From positions 34,798-98,797 of the forward strand of contig DJWC01000085.1 in the NCBI GenBank assembly GCA_002441445.1: a DNA stretch of 64,000 nt, in the 5' to 3' direction. Of the stretch, positions 8,735 through 18,064 are shown one piece after another (position 1 is the first letter of the stretch; every line of letters starts with the position of its first letter). The DNA comes from Pusillimonas sp. UBA6240 (lineage in GTDB: Bacteria > Pseudomonadota > Gammaproteobacteria > Burkholderiales > Burkholderiaceae_B). The notes under the pieces are model-generated. The model was not told where the DNA came from. It did not search any database and saw only the letters and a program-made list of their open reading frames with translations. Made by a program: the position numbers and the translations under genes.

Positions 8735-10828
8735 CGGGGTCCTGAGCACGATCAGCGCATCGAGCGCGACGGCCCCTTCGCCTTGGGGCAGGGCGACAAA
8801 GGGATTGACATCTATGGATGCTATCCGGTTGCGCGCCTTATGGGCCAGGCGGGAAAGCGCGGACAGCGCATGGGCGATGGCATCGATGTCCGCCAGCGGC
8901 TGGCCGCGCGCACCTTGAAGCAGCGCCAGTGCGCGGGTTTCCTCTATCATGCTGCGCGCTTCTTGCTCATCGAAGGGCGCGAGGCGAAAGCTCACGTCTT
9001 TCAATACTTCCACAAAAATCCCTCCCAGGCCGAACATGATCACCGGCCCGAAAACCGGGTCGACATGCGCTCCCATGATGCATTCCGTACCGCCCTTGAC
9101 CATGGGTGCGAGCAAAACGCCGTCTACCCTGGCGTCGGCGGCATGGCGCGCGACGCTGGACAGTATGTCGTCATAGGCTTGCGCCGCTGCCTGCGCTCCG
9201 GCGATATTCAGCCTGACGCCGCCGGCATCGCTCTTGTGCAGGATGTCGGCCGAAAGGACTTTCATGGCGATAGGGCGTCCCATGCTTGCCGCATGGCAGG
9301 CCGCCTCTTCTCTCGAATGGGCCACCTTGCCGGGAAGCACGGGAATGCCTGCCGCGGACAAGATTTGCAGGGATTGCATTTCATTGAGCGCGCCTTTTCC
9401 AGTGGGCAGTTCAATCGTGGCCATGGTTGCCGGGCGCCTGTCGGCTCGCGGTCGCTGGAGCGCCGCGGCGATGCTGCGGATCGCGGCGCTGGGGTCGGAA
9501 AAAACCATTGCGCCGAGCTGTTCGAGTTCTCTGCGTCTGTCGTCGGGCAGCAATGCGCACACGGCAAGAGGGCGGGAGTCGGGGTGTTTTCTTGCCGTGT
9601 CCGCCAGCTCGCGCATATGCGGCCACATTGCCTCGGATGAGCCCGCCGCCGCGAGAAAGACGGCCAGCGCGCCGTAGCGCTTGGTGTCGAGCATGTCGGT
9701 GATGGTATCGCGCAGAATGGCCGGATCGGTGATGGCCTGGCCTGTCACGTCGACGGGATTGCACGCACTGGCGAAAGGGATACGCTCCAGCAGCATGCGC
9801 TGGCTGTGATCCGGCAGGACAGGCAGCGCAAGGCCGCAGTCGTCGGCCTCATCCGCCATCAGCGCGCCTACGCCGCCGGAAATCGAGACGATGCCTACGC
9901 TGGCCTGCGCAGGCCGTTGGCCCCATACGCTCAGGGCATGGCCGATATTGAAGAAGTCCTCGATCGTCCTGGCGCGAATGGCGCCGTATTGCCGGAACAG
10001 CGTGTCATAGACGGCATCGTCGCCTGCAAGCGCTGCCGTATGGGAAGCCGCCGCCCTTGCGCCGGACGCCGTTCGCCCGATCTTCGTGATGACCACCGGC
10101 TTGCCCGCGCGGGCGGCGGCATCGAGCGCGGTCTTGAGCTTGTCGCCGTCTTTGCAGCCCTCCATGTAAGCCATGATGATGCGCGTTTCCGGGTCATCGG
10201 CCAGCCATGCGATGCAGTCGGCTACCGTGACGTCGCTTTCATTGCCGGTGCTGGCCCAGAAAGAAAGACCCAGCCCGCGCAGCCTTGCCATGCTGTACGC
10301 ATAGGCGCCGAAAGCGCCGCTTTGGCTGATCATGCCAATATGCCCCGGCAGCGCCTCGCCCGTCAAGGCCGCGGGTGTGAATGTGGCGTAGACCCGCTTG
10401 CGCATATTCATGAAGCCCAGGCAATTCGGGCCCAGCAGCCGTATGCCGCGGTCCTTGGCGATGCGCTCTAGCCGCGATTGCTCGGCGCGGCCCTCGGGTC
10501 CGGTTTCCGCGAAGCCGGATGTCAGCAGGACGGCGCTCTTGAGCTGGCCGGGGCGCGCGCTCTCGAGAGCCTTGCACACATGAAGCGCGGGCACGGCGAG
10601 AATGGCCAGGTCGATGTCCTGTTCGATACCGCCCAGGGATGCATGGCATGCCAGCCCCTGTATCTCATCGGCCTTGGGGTTGACAGGCAGGATGCAGCCT
10701 TCGTATCCATACCGCTTCAAGAGCTGGACGGGGGTGGCGCCCACTTTTCCCGGCGTGTTGGAAGCGCCCACGATGGCGATGCTTGCGGGCGAGAATAGCG
10801 TTTGCAGCGAGTGGGAATGTGTCGTCAT
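8708..10828 (-). CDS. ADP/NDP-forming acyl-CoA synthetase (acetate--CoA ligase family; fused CoA-binding, succinyl-CoA-synthetase-like and ATP-grasp domains)
   Basis: 706 aa. N-terminus SPASIAIVGASNTPGKVG (CoA-binding). C-terminal ATP-grasp region ...IAMKVLSADILHKSDAGGVRLNI... Confidence 0.85.
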   Translation of the reverse strand: MTTHSHSLQTLFSPASIAIVGASNTPGKVGATPVQLLKRYGYEGCILPVNPKADEIQGLACHASLGGIEQDIDLAILAVPALHVCKALESARPGQLKSAVLLTSGFAETGPEGRAEQSRLERIAKDRGIRLLGPNCLGFMNMRKRVYATFTPAALTGEALPGHIGMISQSGAFGAYAYSMARLRGLGLSFWASTGNESDVTVADCIAWLADDPETRIIMAYMEGCKDGDKLKTALDAAARAGKPVVITKIGRTASGARAAASHTAALAGDDAVYDTLFRQYGAIRARTIEDFFNIGHALSVWGQRPAQASVGIVSISGGVGALMADEADDCGLALPVLPDHSQRMLLERIPFASACNPVDVTGQAITDPAILRDTITDMLDTKRYGALAVFLAAAGSSEAMWPHMRELADTARKHPDSRPLAVCALLPDDRRRELEQLGAMVFSDPSAAIRSIAAALQRPRADRRPATMATIELPTGKGALNEMQSLQILSAAGIPVLPGKVAHSREEAACHAASMGRPIAMKVLSADILHKSDAGGVRLNIAGAQAAAQAYDDILSSVARHAADARVDGVLLAPMVKGGTECIMGAHVDPVFGPVIMFGLGGIFVEVLKDVSFRLAPFDEQEARSMIEETRALALLQGARGQPLADIDAIAHALSALSRLAHKARNRIASIDVNPFVALPQGEGAVALDALIVLRTPADAAQACA

Positions 10829-10858
10829 ATAAGAAAAGTATCTTGGGGCGCGCCGGTT

Positions 10859-12025
10859 TTATGGCGATAGGTTTCTGTGCAGTATCCGGCGGGCGATGGC
10901 GCTTCGGTGCACTTCGTTCGCGCCGTCATAGATGCGGAAGGGGCGCGCTTCGCGCCATATGGCCGATATGGCCTCGTCTTCGGAAACGCCAAGGGCGCCG
11001 CACATCTGCATGGCGCGATCGGCCACGCGTCCCACCGCCTCGGAAACGAATACCTTGGTCATGCTGGAATAATGCTTGACGGACTTGCCTTCATCCATCA
11101 GTTGCGCGCAGTGATGGGTGATCAGCCTGCTTGCATGCAGGTCGATGTGGGAATCGGCGACCATGGCTTGCACCTGCTGCAGTTCCGCCAACGGAGCGCC
11201 GAAGGATACGCGCTGGCTTACGTAGCGCTGCGCGATTTCCATGGCGCGCCGCGCCCGTCCTATGAATCGCATGCAGTGGGACAGGCGCGCCGGCTCCAGC
11301 CGCAGCTGGATATGCTCGAAGCCCTGGCCCACCGTTCCCAGCACGGCGTCGCCGGGCAGTTCGCAGGCCTCCATGACGATCTCGGCGTGCCCTCCGATCT
11401 GATAGCTGGTCGCCATGGCGATGTCGCGCGTCACGCGGTAGCCGGGTGTCGCCGTATCGAAGACGAACAGGGTGACGCCTTCTTCGGTTTGGGCGGGGAC
11501 GATGGCGATGTCCGCCTTGACGCCGCCGCTGATGAATTTTTTGTGCCCATCGAGCACCCACTTGCCATTCCCGCGGCGTGCCGTGGTCTTGAGCATGGAG
11601 GGATCGGAGCCGGCGCCCGGCGCGGGCTCGGTCATGGCAAAGCAGGCGCGCTTCTCGCCGCGGGCGATCGGCCCCAGGAACCGCTCGCGCTGCGCGGGGC
11701 TCGCCAGCAGGTCGAGCAGCAGCGCGTTGGGCTGGTCCGGCGGGGCGCAGTTCAACGCAATCGGCCCCAGCAGCCCGCGCGCGCACTCTTCGAACAATTC
11801 GGCGCACGCGCGCCAGGGCAGGGCCAACCCGCCATACTCCTTGGGAAGCTGCGGGCCGTATATGCCGGCTTCCCTGGCCTGGCGGCGCAGCGTACCGGCA
11901 ATCTCGTCCAGCGCCTCCACATCCCGTTCGATCGCCGTGCCCTCCAGCGGAATGGCCACCTCGTCGATGAATTTCCGTACCCGCTCCTTCAAGTCGGGGA
12001 GCATGGATGCATGTGTTTCATTCAT
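10859..12025 (-). CDS. Acyl-CoA dehydrogenase family protein
   Basis: 388 aa. ACAD N, middle and C-terminal domain pattern (CFAMTEPAPGAGSD; C-terminus RIYDGANEVHRSAIARRIL). Confidence 0.85.
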   Translation of the reverse strand: MNETHASMLPDLKERVRKFIDEVAIPLEGTAIERDVEALDEIAGTLRRQAREAGIYGPQLPKEYGGLALPWRACAELFEECARGLLGPIALNCAPPDQPNALLLDLLASPAQRERFLGPIARGEKRACFAMTEPAPGAGSDPSMLKTTARRGNGKWVLDGHKKFISGGVKADIAIVPAQTEEGVTLFVFDTATPGYRVTRDIAMATSYQIGGHAEIVMEACELPGDAVLGTVGQGFEHIQLRLEPARLSHCMRFIGRARRAMEIAQRYVSQRVSFGAPLAELQQVQAMVADSHIDLHASRLITHHCAQLMDEGKSVKHYSSMTKVFVSEAVGRVADRAMQMCGALGVSEDEAISAIWREARPFRIYDGANEVHRSAIARRILHRNLSP

Positions 12026-12029
12026 GATG

Positions 12030-12986
12030 TCATTCCGCGAGCTTGATGCCGGCTTCGCTGACGATCGACTTCCATTTGCTGGTTTCGCTGGCGATGTGCC
12101 TGGCGAAATCGTCCGGCGAGCCCCCTACGGGATGCATGCCTTGTTCCAGGAAGTAGCTTCGCACTTCAGGATCCTTGAGCACAGCATTGATCTCTTTGTT
12201 GAGCCGTGCGATGACCTCCGGCGATGTGCCTTTGGGCGCCAGGACTCCCCACCATGACGAAGCCGACACTGGGTATCCAAGCTCAGCCAGTGTTGGAACA
12301 TCGGGCTGCGCCTCGCTGCGGCGCTCGCTGGCGATGGCAAGCGGCTTGATCCGGCCCGCTTTGAGCTGGCCGCTGGCGGGCGCAAGGTTGTCGAAGCTGA
12401 TGGGAACCTGGTTGCTGGATACCGCTATGACCGCTTCGGAGCTCCCCTTGTAAGGTATATGCCGCAAATCCAGTTTCGCCTTTCGCCTGAATAGTTCGCC
12501 CGCAAGATGAGGAATGCTGCCAACGCCGGCGGTTGCATACGAAAGCCCATTGGGCGAGCGGCCCGCGGCGAGCAATTGGTCGAATGACTTGATCGGCCCT
12601 TCCGTGCTCGCAAATATATAGACCGGGACATCGGTGACCTGCACGATGGGTATGAGATCTTTCTTCGCATCATAGGGAAGCTTGTCATAGAACGCGGGAT
12701 TGGTGCCAAGATTGGCGGTGCCCATCAGCAGGGTATAGCCGTCCGGCGCCGCCTTGACTACATGCTGGGTTCCGATCTGGGTGGCGGCTCCGGCCTTGTT
12801 TTCCACGACGACCGACTGGCCGAGGCGGGGCGCCAGCTTTTTTGCCAGGATGCGCGCGGCCGTGTCGGTTCCGCCCCCGGCCGCGTAGGGCACGATGAGG
12901 CTGATGGGCCTGTCGGGGTAGGCAGCGGCGGCCATGCCGGGCAACAGGGCGAATGCGGCGAGAAGCAGCGTGTTGAGATATCGCAT
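12030..12986 (-). CDS. Bug/TctC-family periplasmic substrate-binding protein
   Basis: 318 aa. Signal peptide ...MAAAA, then YPDRPISLIVPYAAGGGTD. Its stop is 4 nt from the downstream ACAD start. Confidence 0.9.
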   Translation of the reverse strand: MRYLNTLLLAAFALLPGMAAAAYPDRPISLIVPYAAGGGTDTAARILAKKLAPRLGQSVVVENKAGAATQIGTQHVVKAAPDGYTLLMGTANLGTNPAFYDKLPYDAKKDLIPIVQVTDVPVYIFASTEGPIKSFDQLLAAGRSPNGLSYATAGVGSIPHLAGELFRRKAKLDLRHIPYKGSSEAVIAVSSNQVPISFDNLAPASGQLKAGRIKPLAIASERRSEAQPDVPTLAELGYPVSASSWWGVLAPKGTSPEVIARLNKEINAVLKDPEVRSYFLEQGMHPVGGSPDDFARHIASETSKWKSIVSEAGIKLAE

Positions 12987-13019
12987 GAGTACTCCTTTTG
13001 AGCGCGATCAGCGCAGTGC

Positions 13020-13991
13020 CTACTGTATGGTGGTGTTGGTTTGCTTGATCAGCTCGGCCCACCAGGCGGTTTCTTTGCGGATTTGTTCGCCGAAGGCTTC
13101 GGGCGTGTTGCCTTCGGGCTCCGCGCCAAGCTGGGTGAGGCGCTGCTTGATTTCGGGTTTCTGCAGAACCTGCACGCATGCCTGATGGAGCTTTTCGATG
13201 ATGGGGCGCGGCGTGCCCTTGGGCGCCATCAGCCCCTTCCAGGCCATGATCACGTAGTCGTTGACGCCCTGTTCCTGGAATGTGGGAACGTCGGGCAATG
13301 CGGCCGCGCGCGTGGCGCTGGGTACGGCGATCGCCCGAAGATTGCCGGCCTGCACATGCGGCAGCAAGGGCGGCATGTTGTCGATCATCACGTTGATCCG
13401 GTTGGCGAGCAGGTCTGTGATCGCGGGCCCCGTCCCTTTGTAAGGGATGTGCTGCATGTCTATGCCCGCCTTCTGGTTCAGCAGTTCGCCGGCCAGATGC
13501 GCCGGCGAACCCGTGCCCGGCGAGCCATAGCTGATGGAGTTCGGATGGCTTTTCGCATAAGCGATGAATTCCCGCAGATTGTTGGCCGGAACCTTGGGGT
13601 TGATGGCCATCAGATTGTGTTCGCGGGTCAGGGCGGTGATGGGCTCCAGGTCTTTTGCCGGGTTGAAGGGCATGTCCTTGTACAGGCTGGGATTGATGAC
13701 GGTCGGCCCCGCTGCGGCGAGCAGCAGGGTATAGCCGTCCGGCTCAGCCCGGGCGACCAGGGACCCGCCTATGTTGCCCGCCGCGCCCCCCTTGTTCTCG
13801 ACGACGACGGTTTGCCCCAGGATGGGCTGCAGCGCTTCGGCGAGCATGCGCCCCAGGATGTCCGTCGATCCGCCGGGGGCGAACGGCACGATGAGCCTGA
13901 TGGGGTGGTCGGGGTAGGCTGCATGGGCCGTGAATGGCGCGGCCATGCAGGCCGCCGCGACTAGGGTGGAAGCAATGAGCTGCCTGAACAT
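13020..13991 (-). CDS. Bug/TctC-family periplasmic substrate-binding protein
   Basis: 323 aa. Signal peptide ...FTAHAA, then YPDHPIRLIVPFAPGGSTD. Confidence 0.9.
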   Translation of the reverse strand: MFRQLIASTLVAAACMAAPFTAHAAYPDHPIRLIVPFAPGGSTDILGRMLAEALQPILGQTVVVENKGGAAGNIGGSLVARAEPDGYTLLLAAAGPTVINPSLYKDMPFNPAKDLEPITALTREHNLMAINPKVPANNLREFIAYAKSHPNSISYGSPGTGSPAHLAGELLNQKAGIDMQHIPYKGTGPAITDLLANRINVMIDNMPPLLPHVQAGNLRAIAVPSATRAAALPDVPTFQEQGVNDYVIMAWKGLMAPKGTPRPIIEKLHQACVQVLQKPEIKQRLTQLGAEPEGNTPEAFGEQIRKETAWWAELIKQTNTTIQ

Positions 13992-14076
13992 GGTTTGTCT
14001 CCTCGGTATTGAAAGTAAGCCTGTACTGCCTGTCCGGCATGTGCGGGATTGGTCCGGCCTGCGTTCGCGGCCGGTA

Positions 14077-15243
14077 TTACTTGCCCACGCTGTAGCCGGC
14101 CTGCTTCAGGCTGTGCTTTGCGATCGTGAGCTGGTGTATCTGGCTGGTCCCTTCATACAGGCGGAACAGACGTACGTCGCGATAGAATCTTTCCATGCCA
14201 TGATCGGCGATATAGCCATATCCTCCGAGCATCTGCACGCATCGGTCCGCCACGCGGCCGCACATCTCGGACGAGAAGTACTTGCAGATCGAGGCGTTCA
14301 TGGTGACGTCCCCGCCGGCATCGCGCTGGCGCGCGGTTTGCAGCACGAGCGCTCTTGCGGCCTGGATTTCCGTCTGGCAATCGGCAATCATGGCCTGCAC
14401 CAGCTGGAAGTTCATGAGAGGCTGGCCGAACTGCTTGCGGCCGGCCACGAAGGCCATGGCATCGTTCAGCATGCGGATGGCGGGTCCGATACACAGCGCC
14501 GCCAGATGTATTCTTTGCTTGTTCAGCACCTTCATGGCGGTCTTGAACCCGCGGCCTTCCTGGCCGCCTATGAGATTTGCGGCGGGCACCCGGCAGTTGT
14601 CGAAATACACCTCCGACACCGGCGAGCCGGCCTGGCCCATCTTGTCGTACGGCCGCCCGGTTGACAGCCCCGGCGTGCCGCGTTCGACGATGAAGGCGGA
14701 TATTCCGCCGGCTCCCGCATCGTCGGCGCCCGTGCGGGCCATGACGGTGAAGATATCGGCGATGGGCGCATTGGTGATGAAGCACTTGGTGCCATTCAAC
14801 ATGAAATGATCGCCGTCTTTGCGCGCGCTCGTCCGCAGCGCGGTGGCGTCCGAGCCTGCATCGGGCTCGGTGAGCGCGAACGCCCCCGTCTTCTTTCCTG
14901 ACGCCAGGTCGGGAAGATAGCGCTGCTTCTGTTCGGCCGTTCCGTCGGCCACCAGGCCCTCCGAACCTATGCCGGTATTGGTTCCGACGCGGGCGCGAAA
15001 GGCTACGGAACACTGTGAAAGCTCCATCGCCGCCAGGACCAGTTCTTCCGTCGTCATGCCCAGGCCGCCGTAAGCTTCGGGAATCGAATAGCCGAACATG
15101 TGCTGCGCCGCCATCTCCCTGACCAGCGCCTCGGGCACTTCGTCTTCCCGCGCGACACGTTCCTCATTGGGAACCAGCCGTTCGAGTACAAACTTGCGTA
15201 GAGTCTCCAGGAATAGATCGAAGCTTTCTGGGTCACGGATCAT
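14077..15243 (-). CDS. Acyl-CoA dehydrogenase
   Basis: ATG at 15243 (MIRDPESFDLF...) is preceded by aagga. Motifs GAFALTEPDAGSD and C-terminal RLYEGTSQIHQLTIAK (canonical YEG catalytic-base context). Confidence 0.9.
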   Translation of the reverse strand: MIRDPESFDLFLETLRKFVLERLVPNEERVAREDEVPEALVREMAAQHMFGYSIPEAYGGLGMTTEELVLAAMELSQCSVAFRARVGTNTGIGSEGLVADGTAEQKQRYLPDLASGKKTGAFALTEPDAGSDATALRTSARKDGDHFMLNGTKCFITNAPIADIFTVMARTGADDAGAGGISAFIVERGTPGLSTGRPYDKMGQAGSPVSEVYFDNCRVPAANLIGGQEGRGFKTAMKVLNKQRIHLAALCIGPAIRMLNDAMAFVAGRKQFGQPLMNFQLVQAMIADCQTEIQAARALVLQTARQRDAGGDVTMNASICKYFSSEMCGRVADRCVQMLGGYGYIADHGMERFYRDVRLFRLYEGTSQIHQLTIAKHSLKQAGYSVGK

Positions 15244-15418
15244 GGGTTGTCCTTGGTCGCGCCGAAGAGTCTTGCCGACGGCTGTTTGCATAGGCGATGT
15301 GTGTGTAGCGTAGCAATGCGTTTAAAATAGGGATACATAAGTTTTGATATATTGAACAAAATACTATCTTCGCCACAATGAATCGCGGTACAAGAAAAGA
15401 CAGGAGGCCCACGCATCC

Positions 15419-16198
15419 ATGATGAAAACGGGAAAGACAGCCGACCCCGCATTCGCCACGACACTGGCGAACGGGTTTGCCGTGCTGGAGTGTTTCCGCG
15501 CCGGCGAACCGGTGCTCAGCAACAAAGATCTGGTGGCGCGCACCGGCTTGTCCAAAGCGACGATTTCCAGGCTGACCTATACCCTCTCGCTGAAAGGGCT
15601 CCTGAGTTATGACCCTTCGCTACGCCGGTATCGGCTCGGGTCGCGGATACTTTCTCTGGGCTATCCGCTACTGGCGGGGATTCCCATCAGGCAGCAGGCG
15701 CGTCCCATCATGCGGCGTCTGGCCATTGCGACGGGCGGCACCGTTTCCTTAGGCGTGCGGCATGACACCCGCATGGTCTATATCGAAACCAACCGCAGCC
15801 ATGAGCTGGTGTCGTTTCGCCCCGACCTGGGGGCGTCGCTGCCCATTCTGGCCACGGCCATGGGCCGGGCCTGGCTTTGCGGCGCGTCTTCCGCAGCGCG
15901 GTCCGCGACGCTCGACGCCTTGCGCGCCGAACAGGCCGGGTCGCAGGATCCCGACGGCATCATCAGAGATGCGCTCGACCAGTATGAGCGGCTTGGCTAT
16001 TGCGTTTCAGAGGGCGCCTGGTTCGCGGACGTACATGCGGTCGCCGTGCCGCTGCACATTGAAATCAACGGTGGTCCGGTGGTGCTCAATTGCGGTGTGA
16101 CAGTGAACCACCTGGCGGGAAAGCCCATAGCGGACGCGGTGGGGGCGGCCTTGCTTCGGGCTGCGGCGGATATAAAACGGCTGGAGGCCGCGGCATGA
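15419..16198 (+). CDS. IclR-family transcriptional regulator
   Basis: 259 aa. N-terminal wHTH (LANGFAVLECF...LSNKDLVARTGLSKATISRLTYTL) and a C-terminal IclR effector domain. Divergent from the ACAD operon. Confidence 0.9.
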   Translation: MMKTGKTADPAFATTLANGFAVLECFRAGEPVLSNKDLVARTGLSKATISRLTYTLSLKGLLSYDPSLRRYRLGSRILSLGYPLLAGIPIRQQARPIMRRLAIATGGTVSLGVRHDTRMVYIETNRSHELVSFRPDLGASLPILATAMGRAWLCGASSAARSATLDALRAEQAGSQDPDGIIRDALDQYERLGYCVSEGAWFADVHAVAVPLHIEINGGPVVLNCGVTVNHLAGKPIADAVGAALLRAAADIKRLEAAA

Positions 16199-17019
16199 AC
16201 CGATGGAAGCATCTTTCTCTCGAAGCGGCGGACCCGCAATTCGCCTCCACCGTCGCCCAGGGCATCGATGTGCTGGCCGCATTCAGGCCCGGGGAAAGCG
16301 GGCTGCGCAATCGCGATATTTCGGACCGCACGGGCATTCCCAGGCCCACGGTCACGCGACTCGCCGGCACGCTGATCCGGCTGGGCTACCTGCGCCGCGA
16401 CCCCTCCGAAAAAGGGCGTTATCTGCTGGGGTTTGGCTTGCTCACGCTGGGGTATCCATTGCTCGCCAGCATGCAGCTGCGGCAGATGGCGCGGCCCTTG
16501 ATGATGCAATTGGCGCGCGAAATAGAGGGCGCCGTGTCGCTGGTGATACGGGACGGTATCGACATGCTTTACGTCGAAACCGCGCGGGTGAACGAGGCGC
16601 TGCCGACGCATCCCGATATCGGTTCCAAGCTGCCGATGCTGAGCACCGCGGCAGGCCGCGCATGGCTTTGCGGCGCGCCCGCGCGCGAACGGCAGGATGT
16701 CCTGAACAGCCTGCGCGTCAAGCTGTCTGCGCACTATGAAAACAGCATAAAAGCGGTGGAGCGCGCGCTGAAGGACTTCGAACATTTGGGCTACTGCGGC
16801 AATAACGCGGAATGGCGCGCGGATACCTATGGTTTCGCGGTCCCCATGCGCCGGCCCATCAACTCGCAGCTATTCGTCTTCAATTGCGGCCTGCCGTCGG
16901 CGTCAGGGCGGTTCGAAGAGCTGGCCCGCACCGTGCCGCCCAAGCTGATCTCGCTGGTGCGCGGCATCGAAAGAACATTGGGCTGGGAGCCCGATCAAAA
17001 CCGCCGCCCGCATGCCTGA
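16195..17019 (+). CDS. IclR-family transcriptional regulator (tandem paralog)
   Basis: The ATG at 16195 overlaps the upstream TGA (ATGA). VAQGIDVLAAF...LRNRDISDRTGIPRPTVTRLAGTL. Same architecture as the upstream gene. Confidence 0.85.
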   Translation: MNRWKHLSLEAADPQFASTVAQGIDVLAAFRPGESGLRNRDISDRTGIPRPTVTRLAGTLIRLGYLRRDPSEKGRYLLGFGLLTLGYPLLASMQLRQMARPLMMQLAREIEGAVSLVIRDGIDMLYVETARVNEALPTHPDIGSKLPMLSTAAGRAWLCGAPARERQDVLNSLRVKLSAHYENSIKAVERALKDFEHLGYCGNNAEWRADTYGFAVPMRRPINSQLFVFNCGLPSASGRFEELARTVPPKLISLVRGIERTLGWEPDQNRRPHA

Positions 17020-17154
17020 GCGGTGAAGCCGGCCATCGTTGCCGGGCCGCCTCGATCGATAAAGTGCAGGATGGTGGCGCTGGCTATAGAGCCGGCGACG
17101 GGGCAGTATGGTCTGGTTTCATGAAATAAGATCCTTTCCGGATCAGCCGGCGTT

Positions 17155-18021
17155 CTAGGCAGGCCAGTTCAATAGTCTTTGAGCATTGCGAAATAGCGCG
17201 CCTTGCATTGCCTCGGGTGTCAGCGGCAGCGTCTGGAACCTCCGCACGCTCTGGCCCAGGGGCCTGACAGGGTAAGCGCTTGCATAGAGAAGCCGATCCG
17301 GCATGTAGTGGTTCGCCGCCTTGACATAATCGTCGGTGCCGGGCGCGTGGGTGGTCATGTAGCAGTCCGGCATCAAATACACATTGGGGCATTCATAAGC
17401 TAATGCACAAGCCAAGGTGGTCCATGGCCAGCATGCATGCGACACGATGATGGGCAGGTCGCCATACCGTTTGGCGATGGGGCGTATGCGGTCCGGATGG
17501 GAATAGCTCATATCCGGGCCCAGCAATAGGCTTGCTGTCAAGGCCAAGGGCAGGCTCTCTTCAGCGGCGGCGTCATAAACCGGCCAAAGGCTGGCGTCAT
17601 CCTGGTGCAGGCCGACAAAGCCGTTGTCGAAGGCAAGGCCGCGCAGCCCCAGCGCTTTTGCCTTCCGGATCTGCGTCACGGCCATTACGGGGTCTTGGGT
17701 ATTGATCCCCGCAAAACCCAGGAATCGCCCGCCGCTTTGTTCGCAGAATTCGGCGATTTCAAAATTGCTTGATGTGCCATATTGCGTGCCAGTGTCCCGG
17801 CCCATGATGACGCCATGCGTTATTCCGTTGTCGTCCATTTCCTGGAGCATGAGGCTGATCGAGCGTTCTCTCGCTGAACGGGCCTCTTGGCGGTCGCGAT
17901 GTAGAACAGGCAGCGAGCGCGGGTCTGCGAGGAGCCGTTCGGGGTTATGCGACGTAAAAATGAAATGGTTTTTGAAGGAAGGCAGTGGCGGCCTTATCCG
18001 GAAATCGATGATGCGTTCCAT
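17155..18021 (-). CDS. Amidohydrolase-2 (PF04909-like TIM-barrel hydrolase/decarboxylase) family protein, atypical active-site motifs
   Basis: 288 aa. SD gagga upstream. MERIIDFRIRPP..., ...VSHACWPW..., ...LYASAYP... Confidence 0.7.
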   Translation of the reverse strand: MERIIDFRIRPPLPSFKNHFIFTSHNPERLLADPRSLPVLHRDRQEARSARERSISLMLQEMDDNGITHGVIMGRDTGTQYGTSSNFEIAEFCEQSGGRFLGFAGINTQDPVMAVTQIRKAKALGLRGLAFDNGFVGLHQDDASLWPVYDAAAEESLPLALTASLLLGPDMSYSHPDRIRPIAKRYGDLPIIVSHACWPWTTLACALAYECPNVYLMPDCYMTTHAPGTDDYVKAANHYMPDRLLYASAYPVRPLGQSVRRFQTLPLTPEAMQGALFRNAQRLLNWPA

Positions 18022-18064
18022 ATATCCTCTATGTTTTTGCGTATGGTTGATTATTCGCTGATAC

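Noticed and set aside
10877-12046. 389-aa + strand ORF covering the whole acyl-CoA dehydrogenase gene on the opposite strand
   Set aside because: It is an antisense shadow ORF typical of high-GC DNA. Its composition is Arg/Gly/Ala/His/Pro-rich, it has no recognisable motif, and the - strand frame has clear ACAD motifs.
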